Positions 14,501 to 30,866 of a stretch of 64,000 nt of DNA are shown one piece after another. The notes under the pieces were generated by a model. It made no database searches and was not told the origin of the DNA. It was given only the letters and a program-made list of their open reading frames with translations. This DNA is from the human T2T-CHM13v2.0 reference genome, Homo sapiens, in NCBI RefSeq assembly GCF_009914755.1, contig NC_060930.1. One strand, given 5' to 3'. A program made the position numbers and the translations under genes. How positions within the stretch are numbered: position 1 is the first letter of the stretch; every line of letters begins with the position of its first letter.

Positions 14501-15974
14501 ACACTGGAAATGCGCTTTAAACTATTTCAGCATAGAGATAGGAAGTTATATATGTCTTAATTCAATTTCGCTCAAGAGACAGTTAATTTTCCTAATAGGT
14601 AATGCTTTATACACATGAAGGGTAATAACATTTAATCAAAAGGCAACTATAAGTGGTTTAGCGATTATCCCTGATCAACACCAGAGGCTTTGTGAATGTA
14701 TATTAGAAGAGGATTTTCACTGGTGAACTTAGTGGCTTTTTAATGAGAATAATGAAGATGCCTGTAAATTATATGTGAATTTAGGTGTATTCAACATATA
14801 CAGATCTAACTATGTTAGACTTCCCCCACTGCTTATATAGGATAATCAAGTCAGGAAAGCATTTTCCTCCTCATCTTTTAGAATGTCACTGAAGGCAGGA
14901 TTCTAATGTGGTTACAGGTTAGAATATTCCAGCTGGCTGTTTCAAATATTAGGTTAACTGAATCCTGCCTCTAAAATATTTTTGGGCTAGAGAATTTTTT
15001 ATGTAGGAAGTGGTTGCTTTATCACAAAACCCAGAGAATTGGGACTTTATCAAGCTGACAAAAGCAGGTTGTATAAGTGTTTTTGTGCCTGCTTATTAAT
15101 AAGAGTTGGGCTTACAAATGGCAGTATATGTGGCAGAATTTAGTCTGTAATTTGCTTTTATTTAGAACCTGGCACAGTGATTGTAAGCAAATAGGAATCC
15201 TTTGTCTTCCTAATCCTCATCTTCCAGCAGCTTAGGTTCAACAGAATATTTACATTATGGTTTTAGAGCAGAAGTTCCCATGCTCAATATATACAAACTA
15301 ATTTAATAGAAAGAGTCTCCTCTCTTCAGCTCAAACATGTAGGTTTAGAATTTATTTCCTTTCCCTTGCTACCTACATATTAACTAACATGTAGTCTATT
15401 ATCTTTCACAGAGTCACTCTGGTCACCATCTAAATGATTTTTTAACCATATTTTGTGCAAAACTTCAAAAAAGTGGATTCTTTCTTACTATAAAGTATCC
15501 TTTATACTTTATGGCATGCAAAATATTAGAGCATGGATACATTTTCCTCATGTCATACATGAAGCAATAACTGTCTAGAATAAATGAATATTATACTCAA
15601 CATTCTATATTGATTTTATGATACAGTATAAAGAATAAATGTTCTGGAACACCTTTTATCCAGAAAAGTTTTTTTTAAGTTTTGTTACTTATTCATTTAT
15701 TTTGAAACAATAATGAATTAAATAACAAATATAAAGTCCAGATATATAGAATCATTTTGGATAGTCTCAGATCCCAGAAAAGGTAAATTCTACCCATTCT
15801 CTAGTCTTTCTTGCTTTATACATTTGACTCTGAGATAAATGAATGAGGTTGTTGGGAGGATGTGAAAGTAGGCATTCTCTGCACTGTATTCTTACATGCA
15901 GAAACATTTCACTAGTCATTTTTCACTCTAGCTTGGGGGGTCTTTCTAATTCTAGAAGTTTGCCTTGAGACTCT

Positions 15975-16100
15975 GTATTATTTGCCATGTGAGGAAACTT
16001 GGGTTAAGGCTAGATAAATAACTTGCCCAGGTACATGTAGTTAGGAAGTAATAAAGTCAGAACTACAACAGAATTCTCTCTGAGTTGTGTATCTGTGCTC
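15975..16100 (-). mobile_element. MIR fragment
   Basis: GAGGAAACTTGGGTTAAGG...AAATAACTTGCCCAGG matches the MIR core. Confidence 0.6.
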
Positions 16101-17172
16101 TTTTTATTGTCATACTACTTAATTACAGTAATCCTGAGAATTGGATAGAGAAGTTAATCATATTCATAATCCATACATGGAGAAAGTGAACTTTCTTCTT
16201 AAATGACAGAGCTCTTTAATAGTAGAATAGGCCTTTAACCAGATCTCTTTGGGTGGAATTCCCTTGTATGGACCTCTCAGAGGTCCAGTTTATGATGCAT
16301 ACTTTTGCTTTTCTTACCATGTCAAAGTAAGCACTCTGCAAAATTCTCCCTTTAATTCTCACTCCTGAATGCTTATAAATAAAGACTTTTTAAATCTCTG
16401 ATTAGATAGGAAAATCTCTGTCACTTTCTTACTCATTTTATTTCCTTATGCCTTGCAAATTTGAGAAAATCCATTAGACAAATACATTGAGTAAAGTCAC
16501 TTTAATCCAGTTTCTTAAAAAATAATTTCTATTGAACAAAGAAGAGAATTGGCTCCATCAAACATTTATTTCACCTTATCATGAAACCTCTAAAAATGTT
16601 CCTAATTTCCTTAAGGAAATTGGCTTACAGATGGTTTACTTTTATATATATAAAATCATGAATAGCTAAGAAGTTACAGTGTTTTCTTTTCTAGAGAGTA
16701 AAAGTAAACTCCATCTCATTTGTAGTGTGCAAACATAAAATCTACCATGGCATTTCACCAAATGCTCTTTTATGAATAAAAATAAAAACATTAGCCTAAT
16801 TTTTCATAGTCAAAGATTAAGTCTCTTCCTTTTTGGCAGTTTATACAAATTAATTCCGTTTGGTATTTTGTTGATGAAAAGAAGATGAAGCAGGAAAAGG
16901 GGAAGGAAAGAAGAAGGAGAAAGAGGAAAAGTACAAATTAAGGAGAAAGACAACTAGAAGGAAAAATAAATATATAAATATATATATTTACATGTATTAT
17001 ATATACCTACATATGTATGCATAGGCAGGTACAGTCTAGTAATATTTTAAACTAAACTAATGTGATATAAATTTGTATAGTTTATGTGTTATATAAATAT
17101 ATGTGTACATCTATATGTGTTAACACACTTTTGTATCCTGGGAAATATGATTGTCTGAAAAGCATCTGTGAT

Positions 17173-18078
<906 letters not shown>

Positions 18079-18609
18079 AATAATTTATTCAGAAGTTATG
18101 TATACCACTCATTCTAATAGAACCATACAGACACTTTCTAGAATCTAGGCTTAGGTAGATACATTCCTGAGGCTCTTTCAATTCTAAAACTTTGGGCTCA
18201 GGAGGTAAGTGTCATAAACTCAAATGCATTCACAGTTGACATTGTGACATGTAGTGTGAAGTGGTCCTACAATAAGACAACGGGTCTACACTTGTACCAT
18301 TGCTATCACCAAAGGCACACTTCCTGCCTAGTTACAGTATTTTAAAACACTCTTCAGACCAAATGAAATGACCAGAAACATTCTATGATCACATGAATTT
18401 TATGGCCTGAAGAGTGAGATTCTACTCTAGGATTACCCGTTTAGAAGAATGATTGAGAGATGACATTTTATAGTCTATCTCTCTAAAATAAAATTTAAAA
18501 CAATATAGTTTTTTGTGCCAAGCAGTTAGGAAATCTGATATACAAATATGTATTAAATGTATCCTGCATATGGTCACTGTCTAGTTATTGGGAATAAAGA
18601 TTTGAATAG

Positions 18610-18846
<237 letters not shown>

Positions 18847-21319
18847 TAGGCTCTATTCTAAAGAAACTCACAATATACTAGGTGATAGAGATATTTAAAT
18901 AAATAAATAATGATTCAGAATAAATGAATGTATGAATTCAAATTCATACCTGTTGTAGAATCCTTTCTATTAGAGAGTAAGATACTTTGTATTAGGCATC
19001 AAAATGACTTTACATAAATAAAATAGGGCAATGAACCATGTTGTTTAAGGCTGAAATGCAAATGGTTACAAAATTTTTATAGGGAGACTGAAATTCTGAA
19101 AATCTGTTTACCATTGAAATATTGATCAAGTTATTATAAATGGAAAACAATTGATGAACATTCTAAAATTCATAGTTGATTAGCTGTGTTTCTTTCCATA
19201 ATTTCAGGGTAGCATCCAAAGAGTGTTAGTGAATAATGAAATGATTATCTCAATTGGAATCATGAAGACACTTTCCTTTGCTGAACTCAATTAGCTATTT
19301 TTTCCTATCTCCTAGCAACATTTTTGTATTGTTTGAATTTATCCTAAATGAGCTAGTGTCTGTAATTTCTAGTATGCAAATGGTTTATTGAAGTTATTTT
19401 AATAGAATTAAATCATATTACAGATATCTAGCATTTTTGCCAGAATTCTCACTGATTTTGAGAAAGGGCTGGCTTATCATAGAGACGTTGTTATACAGAG
19501 AGTGAAAACAGATTTTAAAGAGTGGTTTGATCTGAAGTCTAAGAATTATTGTAGCACTTCATTTATTTTCTAATGTTTAGTAAGTACTAAATTAATATGT
19601 GCACAGGATGGAGAGCTAGGCACAGTACATGGCAATAATGCATGATTTTCCTGTTTAGTCTTAAATAATTTCTTTTACAGATTCTTGTTCATATATGCAC
19701 TGTATCCAAAAGACCCTTCATGTTGATTATATTGTGAATGTATTATATATATTACTCTTCCAAGAGGATACTGTTGCCTTAAAATGCAGAAGAACCATTG
19801 TTTCGTTTTTAAAATATAGTCAGGCAATAAGATTCTCTATGAAATAAATAGCTTGTACATTTAAAATGTATACAATTATTTTGTATATGTGATTTTCCAT
19901 TTCTTGGTTTCTTTATTTGGGGTAAGTAGTAGAACTGCTTTGGAAGTTATTTTCTGGGCTTTATTGCTCAGATACATAATTTTTAGCACCCCTTCTGTAT
20001 GAAATGCTTTCTAAATGATTATAAAGAACTCCCAATATTTTACATTCCTTGAATGTAACTTCTCTTCCATTTCCGTGTTCCAGCTATTGCCAATAATGAT
20101 TAAAAAAAAGTGAAAGAAGACACTACAAAATGAAGAGAAAGGCAGAGAAGGGTAAAAATAAATGCAGAAACCAAAAAGAGGTAAATGAAAAACAGTAGTT
20201 TAAAGGAGGCCGAGAACAAGTTATAGTAATATAGGAAAAGAAACAGGAAATTGAAGCATGCCATTTATACACACAATCATAGCACCCCAAGGATGCCTTA
20301 TGTCTGTGTTCTGGGTTTTGCTTAATGAGGTAATATGAGTAGAAATTACTTTCTAACCATAGTCTAGACAGATATTCTTTAATAGTCTAAGTCCATGAGT
20401 TAGCCCTTGAATCAAATCTTTAAGTTAGATTTGTAAAAACTTGGGAGAGATGAGGAACAGAGTTGTTAGATAATTTAGATAAACACAAGCTTGGTTAAGG
20501 TATATGCATAAGTCTTTTACTAAGATAAATGTTATTCTTGAGCCGGAAACCCTATCACACCACTGCCTCTTGAGAGGACTTGAAGGTCATCCCAGTGTTT
20601 CTTTATTCCCTGCCACTAAACCCTCAGAACTTAGAGGCTGACAGTTGATGACTATTAAAGATCTGTGCCAAGAATTTAAGTACTGTTCATGACAATCCAC
20701 TGAAGAACTGTTAAAAATTCAGATGCTTGGGCCCTATCTAAAACCAACTAAACCTCAGAATTTCTGAGGATGAATCTAGGGCATAGGTATTTTAAAATCT
20801 TCTCATGTAATTCTATTCTTCACCCATAATTGAGAATCAATTGCCCAAGGTGACCCCTGCCTCTCTACCTGCATTTCTTTAGTAACACCTCTCTCTGAAA
20901 AGATCACAGCTCCTTTTTTTAGAAATTTTAATCTTAGAGAAGGCCCCTGATCAGAACACCTATCACATAGGTCTTTATAAATATATCAATTATTTGGGAA
21001 AAATTTTTCCAAAGAATCTTTTCAATCAAGCTGTTGGTGGTGACAATTGAAATTGTGAGAATTTTTTTGGCAAAAATGATGGTCAACGATGATGAATATT
21101 TGAGTAGACACACTGAAAAATTATGAGATATAGCATGAGCCATTTATGTTCTCAATTTGTTGTTGTAAATATGTTAAAGTTTTTCTTTTTTCATTAGCAA
21201 TTGCAGTTTAGTGGCTCAGGCTTCTATAGAAGAAGTATATAATTTATTAGAACATGTCAGATAATTCTTATTAGATTACCTTTTGAGAATGCTTTCAACA
21301 GGATCATTTCTGTCAGCAT

Positions 21320-22810
21320 ACAGATGTGCTGTAATTTCTCCCATCTTAAAACAAAGCAAAGCTTTTTCTTGATTCCACATCATTTATGTCTAGTAACCCT
21401 CTCATTACTGTGACCCCTCTATAGCAAAACTTCTCTGAATTTTTTCTAACTCTTCCTCCTGTCTATTTTCTCCTGAACCAACTCACTCTCTCACAACTCT
21501 GCTGAAACTGTTCTTACAGAGGTCACCAATGATTTAGTGTTAAATCCAATGACCCTTTGACTGACACATCAACATTTTTAGAGAGAATTGATCTGTATTT
21601 CCTCCTTGAAATATTTTCTTCACCTGGCTTCCAAGACTCAATTCACGCTTACACTTTCTCTCTTACCTCATTAATCACCTTTGCAGTTTCCTTGCTTGTC
21701 CCTTTTCTTCAACCTCTGAATGTTGATGTGCCCCAGGGCTCGGTACTAGGAGCCCTTCTATTTGCCCTGTACATTCACACCTTGGTGATTGCATCCAGTG
21801 TCCTGGTTTTAAAAACTGTCTTCATTCTGGTTACACCCAAGTTTATCTTTCACACCTGAAGGTCTCCTCACTCAACACCAACAACTAGCTGTGTAATAGT
21901 TATGACAAGCATAGTACGTCCCAATCCAAACACTTGCTCTCCCCTCTACTCCTGAACCTAACTCTGCTTCAGTGCACTTTTTTCCCTTTAAATGTCAGTT
22001 TTATCCATTTAAAGAGTGGATGCCCAGGTTACCCAGGTAAAAAGAAAAAAAAAAAAGCTTAGAGTCCTTCTTGATTTCTTCCTCTCTTTCACATCCCACA
22101 ACCATTCTGTCGGCAAGTCATTTTTGCCTCTACATTCTAAATATACCCAGAATATGACTACTTATTACCACCTACGTTGCTGAAATCCTGGTACAAGCCA
22201 CCATATTCTCTTGCCCCAGTATCCTCCTAAGTGATTTTTGTCTCTGCTCTTGCTTTCTGTCTATTCTTAGCCAAGCAAGGAAAGTATTTCTTGAAATCAT
22301 CGATGAAACCACATCTTTCCTTAACATTTCACTCAGAGTAAAAGCCGATATCTACTAAATGGCTCACAAGGCTCTCATCTCTTATTCTCCACACATTTTT
22401 ACCCACCCCCATAAGTTCCCACCGGCTCCTTGCTCTTCCTAGTCATACCTCAAGCCTCAAGGCTTTCCACTGCCTACTTCCTTTCCCTGTTTCACAAACA
22501 TCTGCATGGTTTCAATCTTTGTTCAGTTCGCCTTTCCAGTGAAGCCAACTCTGGAAATGATAGTAAAAACTATAAACCTACTACTCTCCTCAATATTTTT
22601 TCCCCTCTCCTATGTTTTATTTCTCTCCACAGTAATCTCTGTTTTCCGGAATACACACATCTTATGTAACTTATTGTCTATTCTCCTAAATTAGAATGTT
22701 AAGCTCCATAAAGACATGAATCTTAATTGTTTTATTCATGCTATATCCTTTGCCCTTTGGATATTGCCTACCACTTATGAAATGATTAATAAAATACTTG
22801 CTAATGGAGT
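21320..22810 (+). mobile_element. L2a ORF2 3' region and tail
   Basis: ORF 21557..21859 contains VPQGSVLGALLFALY, a CR1/L2 reverse transcriptase motif. The 3' part has the L2 tail TAGAATGTTAAGCTCCAT...AATAAAATACTTGCT. Confidence 0.8.
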
Positions 22811-24926
22811 ACATCATTTATGTAGCACCATCACTGGATCACTAGATCCATAACACAGCAATTTTTATTACTTAATTAATCAGAGACCTTACATTGATTT
22901 TATATTAGAATTCTTAATCAAATGAAATAAGATTAAATTCCAAGAACACACAGGTTTTTTTTTTCTTAGCATTGTCTGCCTGCTGTAATTTTATAGAGAC
23001 TCCATGTTACCTTCGTGCTGTGTTTGCAGTTACACAAAAGTGTTAAGAGTTTACACAGAAATATGCCAACTGTAGCTTTAAAAAGAGTGTGCAATGTCTT
23101 TTGAAATCCATAACTCTCATTTCCTGCTATGCTTAATTTCAGGACCCGGAGCTATTATTAAATTTTAAAAAGTATTTTTTCTTTTACCTGGAGATCATAT
23201 TGTAACATATTTATTTATTTATTTTGTGTATGTTTGTGAAGACAGTTCTAAAACCTTTGCATCAAGTCATACTCTGGGGATTCTGTTTCTGAGAATTTTT
23301 TTCCTTGATTCCTGAACTTACCATCAATATGGGAACTAATTAAATATATTTTTGAGATGGTATTTCCATCAAGCTCCCCAAAGTGACTAGAAGTGCCTAG
23401 TACTGTATATTGAGGGTTTTTATGATTCAGACATGGATGATCTAGTTATAATTTAGCTTCTGGGGGCAGTAGGTATACCTAGGAACAAGTTGGTCAATGT
23501 TGATTTGCCAGGTGTAAGGAAAACTGTTTTGTTGTTGCTGTTATCAGCATGTTCCCTGATTAGTTAATGCAGTGAGGCTGTATTTAGGTCATAAGGATGG
23601 TTTCATGGAGACATTTTTACCTGACTGTGTAAACTTATGCCACTTATTATTGTGTTCATGGGAGTAAAAGGTGGCAAGGTTGAAAGATGTCTTTCATTAT
23701 AACTCCTGTTCCAGTTGCTCAAAATGTATCAAGAAACCATACGTTTCTTAAGAAACTTTTAATATTTATTTTAAGTCTATAAACAGTTTCTGAATGATGA
23801 ATCTGAAAAATAATAGATTTGGTAATTTTTGTGAGTACTTTTTGTTCACAAATCACACACAAACAAATGTGTAAAGACTTGTAAATTTCCCAGATTTATC
23901 TACCAAGGGGAAAAAAGGAGGAGGTGACACTATGTTGCTATGTAGCACATGTTTACGTGTACTACAATCTGTACAAAAATTAATGACCTGCCTAGCTTCC
24001 ACTTTTAGCTTTATGAAGTGAGAGAGCAGAGTTATGAAGGTAACATTTTGCTAGCCTCTTCTGAATTATCTATTTTTATTGATTCTTTTAACTCATGCTA
24101 TCTTCTTGATGTCCAAAGACATCTTTCAGGTGCAGTGACAGAGGGACCTAGTATAGCTTGATTGAGAGGGTTACCATGAAAATCCTAGCAATTTAACATA
24201 TAATTCCACAGTGCTCAGTATTTGTAAATTATAATAAGGGATAATTTTGGGATTATTGGAACCTCACAGTAGGTAAGGTGTATTAGCTATGATGGCGCAC
24301 ATAGCTTTGTGCAATTGCAAATTGTCAGAATGGTTTTTGCTCATAATATTTACTAACTACAAGGAGTACATTTTAAAAACTCAATCCCAGACAAGGGGGT
24401 CTGCCAAAATAAAAATGTACTAATAGGGGCCATTACTCTTCACATTTGAAGGCAAGTCTTGGGCGATGGAAGGAGACTATTGGCAAAGGCAAAAGAGAGT
24501 GTAGACTAGAGAAATTTCTGGTGAAAGTACAGGCACTTGAGAGCATATAATGTAAATTTGTCCACAGTTTGTGGATGCAGCAAGCACACTTAAGTTCTTC
24601 AGACAGTGAAGACACAGTCATGTAATATGCAACTGAAGGACATAGTGTTCCTGGAGTGAAATGGACACTAAAATGTGCAAAAAGTTAGAAAAGAAAATTT
24701 TGTCTATTCTGCAGTTTTGTCCAGAATGTACTAGAAATGACAAGTATTGAGCAAATTTTCTAAACTGAAGTGGAAGCAATTGATGAGATGAGAATAGAAT
24801 ACTTAAAGATACATCAACGATTATCCAAGACTTTTTATATGTGTAATAAAACAACATGTACAAAATTGATTCATTACCTGCCAAATTAAAACCCATGAGA
24901 TTTAACAAAAATAAAATTAAAGATGC

Positions 24927-25024
24927 ATGCTTATTGTTACATTAACTTCAGTTGGAGAATCATATTTTAGAGGAGATGTTTATTGTTAAATTAACTTCAG
25001 TTGGAGAATCATATTTTAGAGGAG
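24927..25024. repeat. 49-bp tandem duplication
   Basis: 24927-24975 and 24976-25024 are 47/49 identical. Confidence 0.95.
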
Positions 25025-26496
25025 TCAGCCATAAGATGGAGGCTACATAAAACAAAAAATTTATAGCTCTGCATCGCAAGGTTCTTATTAAAGCTCTAAA
25101 GAGACAGAGGGAGCTTGATGCACTGTATTCCAAATGAATTATCTATGATAACATTGATTTAAATGATGTATCATCCTCAGAAAGAAAAAGCATGTCTTTT
25201 GGGTGCATCTTCAAATTATTTATATAAATACACATTTTAAGGGAATGTCAACATTGTTTGATTTTAGATGTATTTTCACTTTATAACATAAACTTGGCAA
25301 CTCAAGTATTCTGAATTTCATTTTAATGAATCTAAAATTAATTTGATTTTCTTTATACTTTCTTGTATAACATGGATCAGTGTTTTTCCTTTTTAAAGAC
25401 AAGATTTTCAGAATTTAATATTACCTAGGTCATAGTTTCTTTTATAACAGCAGAAAATCAGCACAATATTCAATTAAACTGAAGTCCAACACAAGAAAAC
25501 TGCACTGTGATAGATTCTTCAGTTTCTAAACCATTTAGCTTTGGCTCCTGGGTGATCATAAAGTGTTTCCTTTATTTCAGAACACTCTGTTTTTCACTTC
25601 TACCTCTTAGAACTCGGGGGTCAACATCTACCCATCATCTCTCTCAATTTTTAAACCTGGATAATCATTTTAGAAATGGAATTTTAGTCCTTGGCACAAT
25701 AGACATCTCTGTATTTCTTCCCATTCTTGTATTTATGCATTTATCTCTTTTTTTTCTGATCCAAAATGCCTGAACTGAATTAATTTTTCCTTTTGAATTG
25801 TTGCTTCCTCTTTACTTTTAAATTTTTATTTGCCTTACTGTCCTCTCTGTTATTTAGGTACAAAACTGTAAAGTTGCTTTGATTCCTGTTGTTTCCATGA
25901 CCTTCCTCTCTAATTTGTGACCAAATTCATTAAGTATTATTAACTAAACCTCTGAAGGTCCTGTTACAACTCTCTCTGTCTCTAATCTTATTGGCTTTGC
26001 CCCTAGTTGGAGTTCCATGACTTTTCATCAAGCCTATTGTAATAGTTTCTAAATTGATCTCTTGTATTTACTTTTTCCTCATCTCCAATTCTTTTTATAT
26101 CACAGGCTTACCATAGCAGTAATTACTTAAGTATTTCAGTTATTCTCTATATTTTTAAGAAGACGGCATTTATTAATTGAGGTATCAGGTAGCTATGTAT
26201 TTCTCCTAGAACCTATACAAATTTCTCAACACTGATTACTTCTCAGCTCTTAATCTTCTTTGCCTAAAATGTGAAACTTCAAAGCACAACTTTCACTCAT
26301 CTTTAATTAATTTAGTAAAAATGTATTGTTTTCTGTATTACTAAATACAAAGATTTAGTCTAGATGAACAGAATATATAGTTGGATACTTTTTTGCCCCC
26401 AAGAAGCTTATAGCATTCCAGGGAGAGTAAATGTATACTTAAGTACCTCTAAAAAATAAAAAATACTATGAATAGATTTCAAAGAAAATTTTATTA

Positions 26497-27770
26497 CATT
26501 CAATTTATCTATTTAACAAATATTTATTGAATGCCTACCCTGTGCCTATCACAGGGTTAGGGTTAGGGTGCCTATTGCTATGCTGTATGTTGTGGATGTA
26601 ACAGCAAGCAAGGCAAAGATCTTACCCCAATGGAGCTAATATTTAAAAAGAGTTAAAAATAATACACAGATTAATAAATAAATCCATATATAGTATTTTG
26701 GAAGATGGACATAAATCATATGGAGGCAAATAAACTAGAATAAAGGAACAAAAAGTAACAATATAGTCAGGAAGTTCTTTTGGGAAGTGCTGTAAAGAAA
26801 GTTCTCTCAGAAGATAGGACTGTGTGACAGAGACCTAATGAAATGAGATAGCCAGCCACAGGAGGATATTAAGGAAGAGCATTCCAGGAAAAAGAGCAAC
26901 AGTTGAAAGGGCCAAAGGGACAGTGAGCCTGGATACCCAAAGGAAATGAAGAAGGCACATCCACAGGGAGATAAATGGATTTGGAGGGTGGGTGTCAGAA
27001 GTCAAACTTGGAAGGCAGGCTCAAAAATAAAGAATATGTGACTTTATAGGCTGCTATAAGGGACTTGGGGTTGGATGGCTTTTTAAAATATTGTGTATAT
27101 TTAAGGTGTACAACATGGTTTTTTAGATATACATAGATAGTGAAATGTTTACTACAATCAAGGAAGTGAACATATCTATAAACTCACATAGTTTAATTTT
27201 GAAAGAATTATTCCAGGTGCTCTGTGGAAAAATTTCAAAAGGAAGTGGAATCCAGAATATCTGTGAGAAGGCTCTTGCTGAGATCTAGCCTACAGAAAAT
27301 AGTTGCTTAGGCTCAGGTGATGGTTGAAAGATAAGAAATGTTCCATCCAATTCACAACTGCATTTGTAAGACAGAGCTGATGACACTTGCTCAGAGTATA
27401 TTGGATATGTGGTGTGATGGAAATAGAAGAATCAAAAATAATGCCTGATTTTCCTGTCTTTTTAAAAAGAAGAATGAGAGAACGTCACTTGGGAGAAGAA
27501 TAGTGAAAGTTCTGTTTTGCTCATGTTAAATTTGAGATTTCTGTTAATATCCAAGTGTAGATGTAATATAGAGAGTTGACTACATCAGAGGAGAGGTCAG
27601 TGTTGGACAAAATGGAGCTAACCAATTATAGATGACATAGAAACTTTTGAGACTAGATGAGATCACTTAGAAATGAAGGTAAGAATTGGAAGAGAAGAGG
27701 CTCAAACACCAAGACCAGGAGACACTGACACGTTGACATATGGATAAGGAACATCAAAAAAAGTACTGAG
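26497..27770 (-). mobile_element. L2 fragment containing a short L1MA 3' end at about 27080-27195
   Basis: ATTTAACAAATATTTATTGAATGCCTAC is an L2 tail. The insert ATTGTGTATATTTAAGGTGTACAACATG...CTCACATAGTT is L1MA-type. Confidence 0.65.
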
Positions 27771-28661
27771 ATGGCACTCATAGATCTGGGATCAGAGAAA
27801 GCTTTATGTAAGGGATGTCATTTGAACCATGACTAAAGTATGGGCAGAATTTTCACAGTAATGCTGGCAGGAAGAAGTTGAGACAGTAAGGAGCTGCACC
27901 AGCAAAATAACATGGGCAGCAGTGTGGCATTTGACAAATCATTTAACCACCAGCCAGATTGGAGTAACAATTCTCTAAAAAAGCTCAATACATTTCTTAT
28001 TACCATTCCTTTGTTTGGCATTATGCATCATGATAGGTTTTTTTTTCTAATGTTTTATTCCTTTTCTATTCAAAGTGTTATGGTGAAAGTAGATTAAAGC
28101 CTAGAAACTATGTTATTTCATTACAGTGGACGCAAGTTGCTATTTATTACCACTGACTTTTCACTTTCCGGAGAGGGTTCTTTGCATAGCCATGAAGTGA
28201 CAGATGGCAATGATGTACCAATTATAATTAAATAACAAGTGTATCTATAGAATGGAACTCAATATAAATTCATCAAGAAGCCCTGGATATTATCATAGAG
28301 GAACTTCCACAATTTTCTGTGCTTTTTATCTTCCAAATTTATAATAAACATACATTTCTCTTGGGATTCTATATAAATTAAGCATTATTCTTGCCTGCAA
28401 AGTGTTTACCCTCTGGTACAAGGAATATGTTAAGCACATATGTTAATTGTTACACAAAGCTGACTATGCTCTTAGTATTTTTACCTCTAGCTACTGATTT
28501 AATTTTCTAGTAGTCTAAAAGTTTTTAGTTGCTGACATCCTCTTGCCTTAAACAGGCTTACACAGGCAAACACAGGCTCAGACCAAAGTGTCAGTATCCT
28601 CAGTTAGATTCTGTTTTCATTTCTCTGTCTAGTACTGCTGTTTCCCACTGAGTGTTGGTGA

Positions 28662-28994
<333 letters not shown>

Positions 28995-30445
28995 CACCTA
29001 CACCATTTTAACACTAATTCTATCTCTAGCACACCTTTTTTCCCCAGTGAGTATGGCTCTTTACACACTGCAAATTGCTGGCCAGATATCTGCTCTTCAT
29101 ACACTAATGGCCTGGAAACATTAAACTACCATTGTAACATCAAGTATATCCCCTCATTCTGTCTTGTTTTAACCACACTTGGAATTTCCCAAAACAGCTG
29201 TTGTCAATGGGTCTAAGTCTACACAGATGTCACTTACTTTATGTGTTAATGTAGCTACTGTCCCTCAGGAACAGCCCTGCTGCTGGGTTGGTTTTCCTTT
29301 ACCTGTCCTGGTCCTGGGTCTTCTTCCTTCTCTCTTTATTGTTGGTTGTGCTGAGGTCCCAGGATACCTTAATCAAAGCCCATCAAAACTTTGGCAATGA
29401 CTATCAAAAAAGAAGTACAAAAGTGCTTAAGTAAGTGGGGACTACCTGCGCTGAGGTTGTTAATGAAAATTTTGTGTGTTGTCTCTCTGAGTCCTGGAAC
29501 ATGGAGGGCATGAGGAGTGGAGTTAAGCCTACTCTTCCTGACTCAGGAAAAGGGAAGCTTTGGATTATGGGGAAGAGGGCTAAAGTCTTGTGGTGATGGG
29601 AGTACTACTTTAGATTCTCCCTTTTGTTTTCAAATGAGATATTCCTCTTCTGAGTGTGCCATGAAACCTCACACTGTTCTTTGTTATACAGGGTCCACCA
29701 GGAATCAGCCATAAATAGAGAGTGGTGCCACATGATGTTAGTTCACCATCTGCTTGTTTCCTTCCTTCTTTCATGCCAAGAAAGAAGCCATGAAAATGGC
29801 TTATGTCAATCGCTTATGCTAGTTCACTTGATTATACACAACTTGAATTGGATATAAATATAATAGCAGTAAGCGTAATCTAATTCCAGCATCTAATTAC
29901 TTGCAGCAATATTGTGCTTTTACCACACTATCCCAACATGTACACGTAACACTCTATTTTCAGCTGATCTCAATGCCATCAATTGGATGCTGAAGCTTTT
30001 CAGTGTTGCCTGAGGCTCTGCTTCCCATTTCTTACTCCTGCTGTACCTGTTCTTGCATTTCACTGTTATCATGAAATTTCTGGAATGCGATGTCATTATT
30101 CCCACTCACTTCCCCCATTCTCCAAGAGTTCTTCTCCCCACCCTTTCTTACTTATTGGTTTTCCAAACATATTTTTTTTACTTAACTCTTTGATGATGTC
30201 TGGAGGAAGCTCATATTCTTTCTTCTTTCTTTTGTTATTGTCATTTCCCTGGGATCCTGTCTCCACAGGCAAAGCTCATCACATTCTCTAACATAAGGCA
30301 CTGATGGAGAATGTAGCACTGGAACTTGGAACTCCAAAGTTAGATAAGATTTCTGCAAATGGAGTTTAAAATGAAGACATTCTGGATGAAAGAAGTGGCA
30401 GAAGTACTGTGTTTGCTAGCAAAGCAGTCTCTTACTAAGAGGCAC

Positions 30446-30866
30446 ATTTTTTATTGTGGTAAAACCACATAAACCTGAGATACCTTATTGAAAAAGTTTT
30501 AAGTGTACAGTACAATATTGTTAAGTATAAGCCACAATGTTATACACTAGATATCTAGAACTTTTCATCTTGTACGACTGGATCTCTATATCTATATGCA
30601 TTGAACAGTACCCCATTTCTGCTTCTCCCAAGCCCCTGGCAACCACCATTTTACTTTCTGTTTCTATGAGTTTGACTACTTTAGATACCTCATATAAATG
30701 GAATCATGCAGTATTTGTCTTTCTGTGACTGGCTTATTTGACTTAATATAATGTCCTTAGGGTTCACACGTGTAGCATATGATAGGATTACCTTTGTATA
30801 GATGAATAATATTCCCTTTTATGTATACATAACATTTTCTTTATCCATCAATGGACATTTAGGTTA
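30446..30866 (-). mobile_element. L1MA10/L1MB-type 3' fragment
   Basis: TTTTAAGTGTACAGTACAATATTG...CCCCTGGCAACCACCATT...GATACCTCATATAAATGGAATCATGCAGTATTTG. Confidence 0.8.

Noticed and set aside
24130-24272. Possible exon (TTTCAG acceptor to TAG|GTAAGG donor)
   Set aside because: Weak pyrimidine tract, no coding signal and no transcript evidence; such pairs are common by chance.
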